The notes beneath the pieces were generated by a model. That model worked only from the letters and a program-made list of their open reading frames with translations. It had not been told where the DNA came from and searched no databases. Positions 53,050-64,000 of a DNA stretch of 64,000 nt are shown piece by piece. Numbering within the stretch: position 1 is the stretch's first letter; each line of letters opens with the position of its first letter. This stretch comes from Eledone cirrhosa (lineage: Eukaryota). Location: NCBI GenBank assembly GCA_964016885.1, contig OZ024742.1:178498001-178562000 (forward strand). Direction: 5' to 3'. Both the position numbers and the translations under genes were made by a program.

Positions 53050-54450
53050 TGATATAAAAACAAACTGAGTTTGTAAACGCTAGACCATAACATGTGTAGA
53101 CGAAGTGTAAATGGAAGTTTGGTCGCATTATATCAATTTCAAATCGCCCCCTCCCCTCCCGTGGAGCATGGGCCTCACTGGTTTAGAAGTTTGTGTTAAG
53201 GTTAGGTTTAGCGAGTTTGGGTGTCAGATTCATTGATAACATGTGAAAAAATCCTATAAAAAAAAAAAAATTTCCATTAAACGCGAGAGGAGTGAAACAT
53301 TGGCGAAACTCTAAGGGTTTTTTCCCCTTTCCCATCCCTTTTCTAGAAACCGAATCGTTCAGACTGGCTTGTAGGTCATATTTGTTATAACACACTTAAA
53401 AAAAAAAACGAGGGGAAAAAAACTCTGGGAGAAGAGTGAAAAGTCCGTGGATCACTGTTCCTCTTCCTTTTTCAGGGTAAAAAATTCCTTTGCATCATAT
53501 TAGGAGGTACGTTTAATTGATAGCACACGAAAAAAAAAAACAAAAAAAAAAACGAGGAAAATAACATTATTTCCCACTGAAATCGGAGCAGGTGTTCTAA
53601 AAATTTACCATACACGTTATAGAATGAATCACAACTAAGTAATATAAATAAAATGAATCAGCAAAAAAAAAAAAAAGAAAGAAAAAGAAAAAGTTCACTA
53701 AATCAGAACTTCAGTTGATTGAGCAACTGGAATATTTATCTCTATAACCGACGGAGATTCATTTACTTTTTTTTAAAGCATGTAAACTTATTTACAATTT
53801 CATCCACATCCACTCTTGGTACTTTAGTTATTCATGTTTGTGCGTATGTAATTATCCTTTTCCATGCTTTCATGAGTTGTGCCAGTAATTCAAAGGGTCA
53901 GCTTTATCAACTGCAGCTTCATGCTGAATCTCCCCGAGAACCACGTTAAGGGTACGAGTGCTCAACCTCTTGTATGTTAATTTCACGAGCAGGCTGTTCA
54001 AGAACACTCGTTGTTGTCGGAACCGACGGAGGTCCAAAGAAGAAGCCGAAAGATAAAATAGTGCACATAACTCTCTCTCTCTTTCTGTCCTAGTCTCTGT
54101 CTCTCCACTTCTGAGTATGCATACATACAGAGGTAACGGTGATGAATAAACATGAAGAAATAGATAAATAGATAGATGCAGAGAACGAAAGAAAGGCTGC
54201 AAAATAAATAAATACTCAAAAATAAATAATAAAATTAATGTAAACGAACGAGGATATTCTCCTTCTGTGCACTATTTCTCTTCGACTATTCACAGACCAG
54301 TAGTAGCGTGCATACGTATTAATACATCTGTTCAGCCGACTTTTTTTTTCTTCGCACTCTCCTTACTTAAATTAGCAAGTTTACTACCGAAAGCCTCTTC
54401 TGTATGTCTTAGTGCGGATCTTACAATATAACATATTAAAATGATGCGAT
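53050..54450. promoter_or_regulatory. Relatively CpG-rich unique region; candidate promoter or first exon
   Basis: CG dinucleotides are visibly more frequent than in 1-52 kb; little recognisable repeat; no credible ORF. Qualitative only. Confidence 0.35.
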
Positions 54451-56082
54451 TACCAAGTACTTCTGCATCAGTTATAAGGTTTGTATACATTTCTTTTTCT
54501 TTCTCTGGCATTGTCTTATGTAAATGGTGGATTTTAACGAAATTCTATCTAGCTTTGAAATCTGTTTATTACACCACTAGCGGTAAACATTCTGCTATCA
54601 TTTATACCATATCGCTAACCTGCTCTGCTTCGTTTCTCTCGTTGCTATTGTTATTTTTCTAGGTTAGCATGTGGCTGTGATATAATCTTCCAATGTCTTA
54701 CTCTAGTTCGGTTATTCATCTATCTATCTATCTATTTGTCTGAGAGGCGGTTTTCCTTTGAGTGATAGCTATGGCGAAAGGGGTTGTATGGTGGACAAGG
54801 TTGAAAGGGCTGAGGTCAGACACCTTTCTCTCCGGCCAACAACTGATTCTTTTTTTCAAATACCACTTTGGAAGAAGAATCAGGATGGAGAGAGAGGTGC
54901 TGTACCCCAGCAAGTTTTATGAAAGGTGGGTGAAAGTGGCGAGAATGGCCCGAGTGAATGGGCCTTCTCTCTATATCAGCCTGTAGGTTGAGGAAAAGGA
55001 GGAGGAGAGGAAAGGAGAACAAACTCTTTGTACTCCTGGAGATGAGGGTTGCACATTTTTTTTTCGGGGGTATGTGTTACCCATATAAACTGTCTCCCTC
55101 TATTGGGGAAAATCGACTAACTTTTTTAAATTCCATTTGTGATAACATTTTACACGTTTTTATTGTATGTAAACTTCCCCCTTTGTATTTGTCCCCTTCT
55201 TTTGTGCCCCTGTGGCTAATAAAGAAATCTATCTATTTGTCTGTCTGTCTGTCTCCTTGTATCATAATCAATCCTCTCTTCATCTGTTTGAATGAGATGA
55301 TTTATTTCAGCTTCCCATGGGACTAAATGTTAAAGAGTATATCATATAATTAGTTATATTACACCGAATATATTACTGGTATTTTAACCATTCATCTTGT
55401 GATATGCTTGCTGCTACAACACCGAAGCCTGGTGGTAATGTAAATGACCAAAACTTAGCTGCTTACCATCAGTCAACACTACCAAATGTGTAGACTCGAC
55501 GTAGTTGCTCAACCTGCTAAAATAATAGCTAAATTCTAAACAAATAAGGAAAAGACAAACTAGGTAATTTAGTGGTCCATGTTTATAAAAAAATTAATGA
55601 AATGATGACGACTAGAATTATTCTGTACATAGAATATAGGTCTGCTTAGCTAAGGCTGTCATGCGACTAAACAACAACTAGTTTGACGCGAGCCACTGTT
55701 CTTATCTTTACGCTAGAAATAGCAGTCAAATTTACCTACAGTCTGAATAAAGAAAGGCTTACATTGCGTTGAATAGTCGCAGATACACTATGCCAAAAAA
55801 GAAAATACGGGTTGGTCACACCTTTTTTCATAGGGGTTAAACAGCAGCAGTTTATTAATCATAAATGTGTATTGAAGACAGATGATAAAAAGAAGTTTGT
55901 AACCTTCATGGTCTTTGCTATAAGTAATAGCGATACAACTGTAATAGATGCGGTGAAGTTTGCATACACGATAAATGCCGGTAATACAGTATTTGTATGT
56001 TTGACTATCTATCTATCTGTCTGCTTCCTGTCTATCTGTTTGCTTTTCTATCTGTCTATCCACCAACAAGCATGTCTAAGGC

Positions 56083-56287
56083 CGGCAACCTTTCGTTTTA
56101 GGTACGTAAAATAAAACTTTGCGAATATGTTTAAATTTCACTAAGTTTCGGTTTCCGTCAGTTTAAATATAATGGGTTAGGGTTAGAGTTATTATCCTTT
56201 GTGAGATATTCCTGTGAGATTTCGCTTCTTTTGAAATAATTTTTTTTTTCTTGATTTTTTTAAATTTACGTACCTAAAACGATTGCC
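56083..56287. mobile_element. MITE with ~24-bp TIRs
   Basis: GGCAA..TCGTTTTAGGTACGTAAA / TTTACGTACCTAAAACGATTGCC; internal GGGTTAGGGTTAG. Confidence 0.6.
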
Positions 56288-56694
56288 CATAGCAATGTCA
56301 TGATGGATACACACTCAATCGCCTAGTGGTATCCTAACGACTGGTTGCACCAGTTGCCTGAACTTGATGGTTGTTGCTTAATTGATTGGATACAGTATTT
56401 ATAACTATTTTTCTTATATCTGAGTTCAGATCTCGCCAGGGTTAGTCTTGGTCTTCTATTATAATTCTATTCGCATTAGTATGTTTTATAATTACTAAAT
56501 TGTCTCCAGTATTTGGCTGGTTATCTTATGAATTCTTTCCCTTCTTTCATCAAAGGGTAAAAGACAAAGATGACCTTGGTGTAATCTGAACTCAAAACGT
56601 AAAAGGGGCGAATCCAGCATTGCCAATGACTTTGCATTGCTGTGGGCAAGATGTACTACCACGATATTCCTTTCTTATGTAATTAAAAATCACT

Positions 56695-57690
56695 AATTGT
56701 TTCTACTTTTGACACAAAGACAGCATACTTTATTTTATCGACCCTGTAAAGATGATTGGCGAAGTTGACTTCGGCCGGATTTGAACTTAGAACGTGAAGT
56801 GCCGTAACTAAACGCTGCAAAGTATGTTGTCCGACTCTCGAACAATTTTGCCAATCCATCGCCTTTATAATAATGGTTATGGTTTCTGATTTAGGCACAA
56901 GGCCAACAATTTGGGGGGAGGGGTAAGTCGATTAAATCGACCCAGTTCGTAACTTACTTTATATTATCGACCTCATAAGGATGAAAGGCAAAGCTAACCT
57001 CAGTGAGATTTGAACTCACAATATAAAGGGACGCAACTCTGTCGCCCACCTGTCTAATAATAATGGTTTCTGATTTAGGCACAAGGTCTACAATTTTTGG
57101 GGAGAAGTCGATTAAATCGACACAGTATATTACTGGTACTTTAATTTATCGATCCCTTAAGATGAAAGGCAAAGCTAACCTCGACGCTGCTCACGTGTTA
57201 CCAAGTGTACTCGCAATACAATAGAAGCAACAATACTGCACGTATCCAACACGCACTGAGCTATGCTCAGTAATGCTGTGACAGCATGCAATAAAAATAA
57301 GACTTAACAATGATGATGATAATGATTTCTAATTCAGACACAAGGTTAACAATTTAGGGGAAGGAAAAAGTTGATTAAATTGATTCCAGTACTTAACTGC
57401 AATTTAAAATTATCAACTCAGGATGAAAGGCAAAGTCGACCTTGGTTGTATTTGAACTCAGAACCTAAAGGGGCGTAATTAAATGTTGCAAAGCATATTG
57501 TTTTGTCCGACGCTCTACCGATTATGCCAAACCGCCGCCCACTCTTAATAAAAATAGCAACAATAGCTTCTAATTTAGACACAAATTCAGCAATTTTAGG
57601 GTAGAGTGGAATGGTGGTGGAATAAGTCGATTGTATTGACCCCCTACTACTTTACTGGTACTTTATTTTATTGAGTCCGGAATGATAAAA
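56695..57690 (-). mobile_element. Cluster of ~5 same-orientation Meta-like SINEs
   Basis: Repeated TTTCT..TTTAGGCACAAGG..GGTACTT..ATCGAC..GATGAAAGGCAAAG. Confidence 0.75.
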
Positions 57691-59046
57691 TGAAAAGCCG
57701 AGCTTTTCTATTCTGGCATAGGTTGGATGGATCATGATAGACGAAGTCGGTACTTGATCGGAGTCACTAACTTCTCAGGCTGGGGACCCGCGTCCCACTT
57801 ACATACATTCCAGCACTTTAGAGAGTGTTCTGCGTGCATTTTATCGTGGTACCAGTTGTAGGGAGGATGTCATGTCCTTGACACAACTGAAGAGTCCTCG
57901 CAACCATTTGCTTGGAATTCGTAATTTGTGATCACATATTACGTAATGTAAAGTTAAGAAACATGAATGTATTTTACTCTTGTGCTTGTATTGAGTTCTT
58001 TACTGTGTTTATTTACTATAAATCATTTGTCATATACCTTGTACTACTGCTCCCTAATTGGCACCAAAGACTGAAGTGTAGCCACTTTCGATACTGAATT
58101 AAGATAGTTGAATGTAGAAGGGTGGTGAACTCAATATTATAAAGTCATCGGTTCTATATTTGGGAACAGATGGTGCGTTGTGTTCTTGGCGTCTGTTTGT
58201 ATGTATGTATGTAGCTATGTATGTGGGTGTATGTATGTATATGTATGTGTGTATGTATGAAGTTCAAAATTAAAAAAGACATACAATTACACATATATTT
58301 TTCTCTCTTTATCGTGTGTATATGTAAGTAACAGATAATTCTTGATTTGTTTAAATACCGAGAGAGATCGATAACATTTGAGTCAATAAACGTGAAAGGT
58401 TCTCATAACACGGGATTTTATCAAAAATGTGTGGATGTTTCTACATTAATGTAACTTAGTAAAATGCTGATATATATATATATATATATAGAAAATAGTG
58501 ATTTATTTGAAAGTTACCACAATGTCAATTGACGGTAAAGGTGAATATAACATTGATGTTGAGCAGTTTACCTTTCATAAAGAACTAAACTAAAATATAC
58601 CATTATATATTTGGAACATACCACCTACGTGGACAACCTAGAGAAATTATTGGCCCTTCCTGCTTACCCCCCCCCCCCCCCTGTCCCCGCGCGGTTATTC
58701 TACCCACTATATTACTTAGAGGGCCCATAGAGTAAATCTTGCTGCATGTTAACTTTTCTTTGCAGTTTTTTTTTTTAATTATGATTGAAGGGTTTTTAGA
58801 TAAATATAAACACTGTAAAACAAAGTGTTGTAGTTTGATTGAAGCATGGTGTAAAATGTCGAAGATAGTGTTTTGTTTGAAGGCTACTACAATGTGAATT
58901 GGACGGTAAATGTTAAAAATATGATAACAATGATGTTGGAGTGTAACCTTGCAGTTCTTTATAAACAAAACGCTATTTTTATGCATCTTACACAATAACT
59001 CATACAAACTACAACACCTTTTAGATGTTTTATCCTCGGTTTAGTT

Positions 59047-59191
59047 CAGTCATGGGCAAACTGCGGCCCGTTTTGACTCTGAATGGCACGCCTGATTTCA
59101 AAATTGCTTTGAACTTTTGATTAGTGCGGCCCGTGCTATTATCAGCCGCATCCTATGCGGCCCACTTCTCGAAAAATGTTGCCCATACCTG
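59047..59191. mobile_element. hAT (Charlie-like) MITE
   Basis: CAGTCATGGGCAAAC...GTTGCCCATACCTG termini with repeated internal GCGGCCC motifs. Confidence 0.6.
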
Positions 59192-59692
59192 GTCTAATAT
59201 ATATGTGTGTGTGTGTGTCCTTCCTTTGATCTTCTAACCATAAGAGATGAAAGCTAATAAACCTCGTGTATGTTAGTGCGTAGGTGGTGCTTAGCAAAAC
59301 AGGCATCCCATGTCTGTTCCATATCTCCATACCTAGATTTATTGATTAAGTCCCAGGTTTTCGGCAGATGATATTGCTAATAGTGGGTGATATTTTATTG
59401 TGTTAAACATCCGTTTATTATTATTTTTATTTTCCATTTTTGTAGCCTATTTTGTTTGGTGTGTATTGGCTAGTATAGGTTTGCAGTGTTCATTTATTTT
59501 GTTATGTAACAACAAATTGTGTGTAGCAGTCCAGTACTGGGATCGATATTCCCTCTACAGCTCGCCCCCCCCTCTCTATTGGAATAAATTGGCGGTACTC
59601 GCACCTGGAGAAGGATGGGGTCTGTCTGGTTTAAGCCCCGAAGACACTCCATATATCGCTACGGAGCCCCTGTATGTGTAGGCGTATATATA

Positions 59693-59767
59693 CAGGGTCT
59701 CCCACAAAAATGTATACACACATTGATTACGATGCCCTTGAAGTGTGTATACATTTTGGGGGGGCAT

Positions 59768-59771
<4 letters not shown>
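59693..59771. mobile_element. Short Tc1/mariner-like MITE
   Basis: TA-CAGGGTCTCCCACAAAAATGTATACACAC ... GTGTGTATACATTTTGGGGGGGCATCCTG inverted termini. Confidence 0.55.
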
Positions 59772-59810
<39 letters not shown>

Positions 59811-60225
59811 GTACGTGTGTGAAAGAGAGAGAGAGGAGTTGCATGCCATCTCTGTTAAGTATTTTACATTCAGTTACACGTCTTAATAAAATTCTCGTAT
59901 CAAGTTACGACGTGTCATTGGTTTGTTGTGTAATTCAGAGATCTCGTAACACACACTACTACTTCTACTGCCGTCACGCCACTACTAAATAGCCACCAAT
60001 CTCCCCCAGAACATACGCTACCGTATTTTAATGGGAGGACACATTAAATAATGTATTCTTATATACACTCTGAAAAAAAAAAAGCCTGAGTAGTCATGAA
60101 TCGATCATTGGTCAACTGAACATGGAGTTAAAACAACAGCTAGTGAAAATCACTGACTCCCTCCTCTCCATCTTGTATAAATTTACCTCGGTGGTATTTG
60201 AACTTAGAACACAAAGAACCAGGAT

Positions 60226-60645
60226 TAATAATTGTTTCTACTTTTGGCACAAGGCCAGTAATTATTCCAGTGCATTACTGGTACTTTATTTTATCGACCC
60301 CAGAAGGATGAAAGGCAAAGTTAGCCTCGGCGGGATTTGAACTCAGACATTAAAGGGCCGTAACTCTATGCTGCAAAGCATGGCGTCCGACCCTAAGGTA
60401 TTTAGTCCTGTTCTGTAGCTACTTTAACCAGTCCACCGCCTATGTCTTGAATAAATAATTGTTTCTACTTTTGGCACAAGGCCAGCAATTAAATCAGTGA
60501 ATCACTGGTACTTTATTTTATCGACATCGTAAGGATGAAAGGCTAAGTTAACCATGCCGGAATTTGAACTCGGACCGTAAAGGGACGTAACTCTATGCTG
60601 CAAAGCATGGCGTCCGACCCTCTAGAATACTGCCAATCCACCGCC
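60226..60645 (-). mobile_element. Two young Meta-like SINEs
   Basis: Reverse-complement copies at ~60226-60440 and ~60451-60645. Confidence 0.8.
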
Positions 60646-60662
60646 GATCAAAAATTTATAGC

Positions 60663-60728
60663 CTCCCCGAATCGAACCATGGTCTCCCGTTTGACAGGCG
60701 AGGATACTTACCACTATACTACCGAGGA
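60663..60728 (-). pseudogene. tRNA-Asp(GTC) pseudogene
   Basis: TCCTCGGTAGTATAGTGGTAAGTATCCTCGCCTGTCAAACGGGAGACCATGGTTCGATTCGGGGAG matches metazoan tRNA-Asp, but ~6 nt of the 3' T-stem are missing. A TTTTT terminator lies ~8 nt downstream. Confidence 0.85.
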
Positions 60729-60741
60729 TGAACTTGAATAA

Positions 60742-60930
60742 ATAATTGTTTCTACTTTTGGCACAAGGCCAGCAATTACCCAGTACATTACTGGTACTTT
60801 ATTTTATCGACGCCGTAAGGATGAAAGGCAAAGTTAACCTCGACGGGATTTGAACTCAGACCATAAAGGGACGTAACTATGCTGGAAAGCATGGCGTCCG
60901 ACTCTCTACTGATACTGCCAATCCACCGCC
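60742..60930 (-). mobile_element. Young Meta-like SINE with a 12-bp TSD
   Basis: GAACTTGAATAA at 60730-41 and 60931-42. Confidence 0.88.
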
Positions 60931-60989
60931 GAACTTGAATAAGTAATGCAAGACATTTTGCCTATTCTCTAACGATAAACTTAGAGCAA

Positions 60990-63800
60990 CAGAAAGGGAT
61001 GGATAAAATAGAAATGAGAATGATCTGGCAGATCAGTGGAGTATCATGGGGGGGGGGGGGGGGAGAGAGAGACGATGACAATGAATTACAGAAGATGATG
61101 AGAATAGAGCCTATGACGACTGTTGTGAAGAGAAATGGAATGAGATGGTTAGGCCATGTGTTGAGGAAGGATGAAAGTGACTGGGTGATGAGAATAGGGC
61201 CTATGTCGACTGTTGTGAAGAGAAATGGAATGAGATGGATGGGTCATGTGTTGAGGAAAGACAAAAGTGACTGGGTGATGAGAATAGAGCCTATGGCGAC
61301 TGTTGTGAAGAGAAATGGAATGAGATGGATGGGTCATGTGTTGAGGAAAGACAAAAGTGACTGGGTGATGAGAATAGAGCCTATGGCGACTGTTGTGAAG
61401 AGGAATGAGATGGTTGGGCCATGTGTTGAGGAAGAAGGAAAGTGACTGGGTGATGGGAATAGAGCCTATGATGAATGTTGTGAAGAGAAATGGAATGAGA
61501 TGGATGGGTCATGTGTTGAGGAAAGAGAAAAATGACTGGGTGATGAGAATAGAGCCTATGATGAATGTTGTGAGGAGAAATGGAATGAGATGGTTGGGCC
61601 ATGTGTTGAGGAAGAAGGAAAGTGACTGGGTGATGAGAATAGAGCCTATGATGAATGTTGTGAAGAGAAATGGAATGAGATGGTTGGGTCATGTGTTGAG
61701 GAAAGAGAAAAGTGACTGGGTGATGGGAATAAAGCCTATGATGAATGTTGTGAAGAGAAATGGAATGAGATGGTTGGGTCATGTGTTGAGGAAAGAGAAA
61801 AGTGACTGGGTGATGGGAATAAAGCCTATGATGAATGTTGTGAAGAGAAATGGAATGAGATGGATGGGTCATGTGTTGAGGAAAGAGAAAAGTGACTGGG
61901 TGATGGGAATAAAGCCTATGATGAATGTTGTGAAGAGAAATGGAATGAGATGGTTGGGTCATGTGTTGAGGAAAGAGAAAAGTGACTGGGTGATGGGAAT
62001 AAAGCCTATGATGAATGTTGTGAAGAGAAATGGAATGAGATGGATGGGTCATGTGTTGAGGAAAGAGAAAAGTGACTGGGTGATGGGAATAAAGCCTATG
62101 ATGAATGTTGTGAAGAGAAATGGAATGAGATGGTTGGGTCATGTGTTGAGGAAAGAGAAAAGTGACTGGGTGATGGGAATAAAGCCTATGATGAATGTTG
62201 TGAAGAGAAATGGAATGAGATGGATGGGTCATGTGTTGAGGAAAGAGAAAAGTGACTGGGTGATGGGAATAAAGCCTATGATGAATGTTGTGAAGAGAAA
62301 TGGAATGAGATGGTTGGGTCATGTGTTGAGGAAAGAGAAAAGTGACTGGGTGATGGGAATAAAGCCTATGATGAATGTTGTGAAGAGAAATGGAATGAGA
62401 TGGTTGGGTCATGTGTTGAGGAAAGAGAAAAGTGACTGGGTGATGGGAATAAAGCCTATGATGAATGTTGTGAAGAGGAATGAGATGGTTGGGTCATGTG
62501 TTGAGGAAAGAGAAAAGTGACTGGGTGATGGGAATAAAGCCTATGATGAATGTTGTGAAGAGAAATGGAATGAGATGGTTGGGTCATGTGTTGAGGAAAG
62601 AGAAAAGTGACTGGGTGATGGGAATAAAGCCTATGATGAATGTTGTGAAGAGAAATGGAATGAGATGGTTGGGTCATGTGTTGAGGAAAGAGAAAAGTGA
62701 CTGGGTGATGGGAATAAAGCCTATGATGAATGTTGTGAAGAGAAATGGAATGAGATGGTTGGGTCATGTGTTGAGGAAAGAGAAAAGTGACTGGGTGATG
62801 GGAATAAAGCCTATGATGAATGTTGTGAAGAGAAATGGAATGAGATGGATGGGTCATGTGTTGAGGAAAGAGAAAAGTGACTGGGTGATGGGAATAAAGC
62901 CTATGATGAATGTTGTGAAGAGAAATGGAATGAGATGGTTGGGTCATGTGTTGAGGAAAGAGAAAAGTGACTGGGTGATGGGAATAAAGCCTATGATGAA
63001 TGTTGTGAAGAGAAATGGAATGAGATGGATGGGTCATGTGTTGAGGAAAGACAAAAGTGACTGGGTGATGAGAATAGAGCCTATGATGAATGTTGTGAAG
63101 AGGAATGAGATGGTTGGGTCATGTGTTGAGGAAAGACAAAAGTGACTGGGTGATGAGAATAGAGCCTATGATGAATGTTGTGAAGAGGAATGAGATGGTT
63201 GGGTCATGTGTTGAGGAAAGAGAAAAGTGACTGGGTGATGGGAATAAAGCCTATGATGAATGTTGTGAAGAGAAATGGAATGAGATGGATGGGTCATGTG
63301 TTGAGGAAAGAGAAAAGTGACTGGGTGATGGGAATAAAGCCTATGATGAATGTTGTGAAGAGAAATGGAATGAGATGGATGGGTCATGTGTTGAGGAAAG
63401 ACAAAAGTGACTGGGTGATGAGAATAGAGCCTATGATGAATGTTGTGAAGAGGAATGAGATGGTTGGGTCATGTGTTGAGGAAAGACAAAAGTGACTGGG
63501 TGATGAGAATAGAGCCTATGATGAATGTTGTGAAGAGAAATGGAATGAGATGGATGGGTCATGTGTTGAGGAAAGAGAAAAGTGACTGGGTGATGGGAAT
63601 AAAGCCTATGATGAATGTTGTGAAGAGAAATGGAATGAGATGGATGGGTCATCTGTTTTAATGTCATAGGAAGTGGAGGCAGAAAAACATGGCTAAAAAT
63701 GATGGAAGTGTGCAGACAATAGAAAAAAATAGAGAAGCTTGGCATGGGGTTCCCTGCAATGTTAATCTCTGCTTTATCAGTGAAGACAACCGTAAAACTG
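60990..63800 (+). mobile_element. RTE-like LINE ORF2 3' fragment hosting an internal tandem expansion
   Basis: IEMRMIWQISGVSW (cf. TEMRMLRWMCGV) precedes the RWLGHVLR repeats (cf. RLRWFGHVxR), and GRKTW (cf. GRPRKTW) follows them. Confidence 0.8.
61094..63655 (+). repeat. 90-bp tandem array, 29 units (five are 85-bp deletion variants)
   Basis: The unit translates as MRW(L/M)GHVLRKEKSDWVMGIKPMMNVVKRNG. The 5-nt deletion follows 61400, 62475, 63100, 63185 and 63450. Confidence 0.95.
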
Positions 63801-64000
63801 TTTTTAACAGCTTTACAATCTGAGACATTGAGGGGGATGGTAACATCTCTCGAAGTCACAACATCAGACTCATTGAATTTCATGCTGTTCTGGTGTGTTG
63901 AGGTGGATAGAGTCACAATACCAGACTCACTTAAGACAGCTGTTGTGCAACGGTTTCATTGCATTGTCAGACAAAGGGTCAGGAGAACCCTCCAGTGATG

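Noticed and set aside
53870-54202. 110-aa minus-strand ORF in the CpG-richer region
   Set aside because: It crosses microsatellites and has no recognisable motif.
60663-60728. Functional tRNA-Asp
   Set aside because: The 3' strand of the T-stem is deleted, so the cloverleaf cannot close.
61381-63916. Long His-rich minus-strand ORFs, and the plus-strand repeat ORFs as genes
   Set aside because: They are by-products of a 90-bp tandem array, broken repeatedly by 5-nt deletions.

Overview
AT-rich, repeat-dense eukaryotic genomic DNA. The SINE families, microsatellite load and RTE-type tails suggest a cephalopod, probably Octopus (inferred, not proven). One well-supported + strand protein-coding gene has 3 coding exons: 22983-23271, a 27-nt micro-exon at 23640-23666, and 29491-30599 (474 aa). 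It encodes an N-terminal CARD, a long Ser/Lys-rich disordered region with a Cys/polybasic motif, and a C-terminal region resembling the TRADD-N-like domain of DEDD. The rest is mostly mobile DNA: an internally deleted Helitron, Penelope-like (PLE) remnants, RTE-LINE fragments, tRNA-derived SINEs of at least three families, TTAA-flanked piggyBac-type MITEs, other MITEs, several tandem arrays and a tRNA-Asp pseudogene. The most interesting observations are: (1) the CARD + TRADD-N-like adaptor architecture; (2) minimal type-I hammerhead ribozymes, one of them inside a ~147-bp-arm palindrome whose antisense twin is disrupted by a retro-insertion; (3) a 29-copy, 90-bp in-frame satellite born from a LINE coding segment; (4) a small ORF that reads either as an amidated neuropeptide precursor or as a decayed GIY-YIG. 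All domain calls are by-eye motif recognition; no searches were run.
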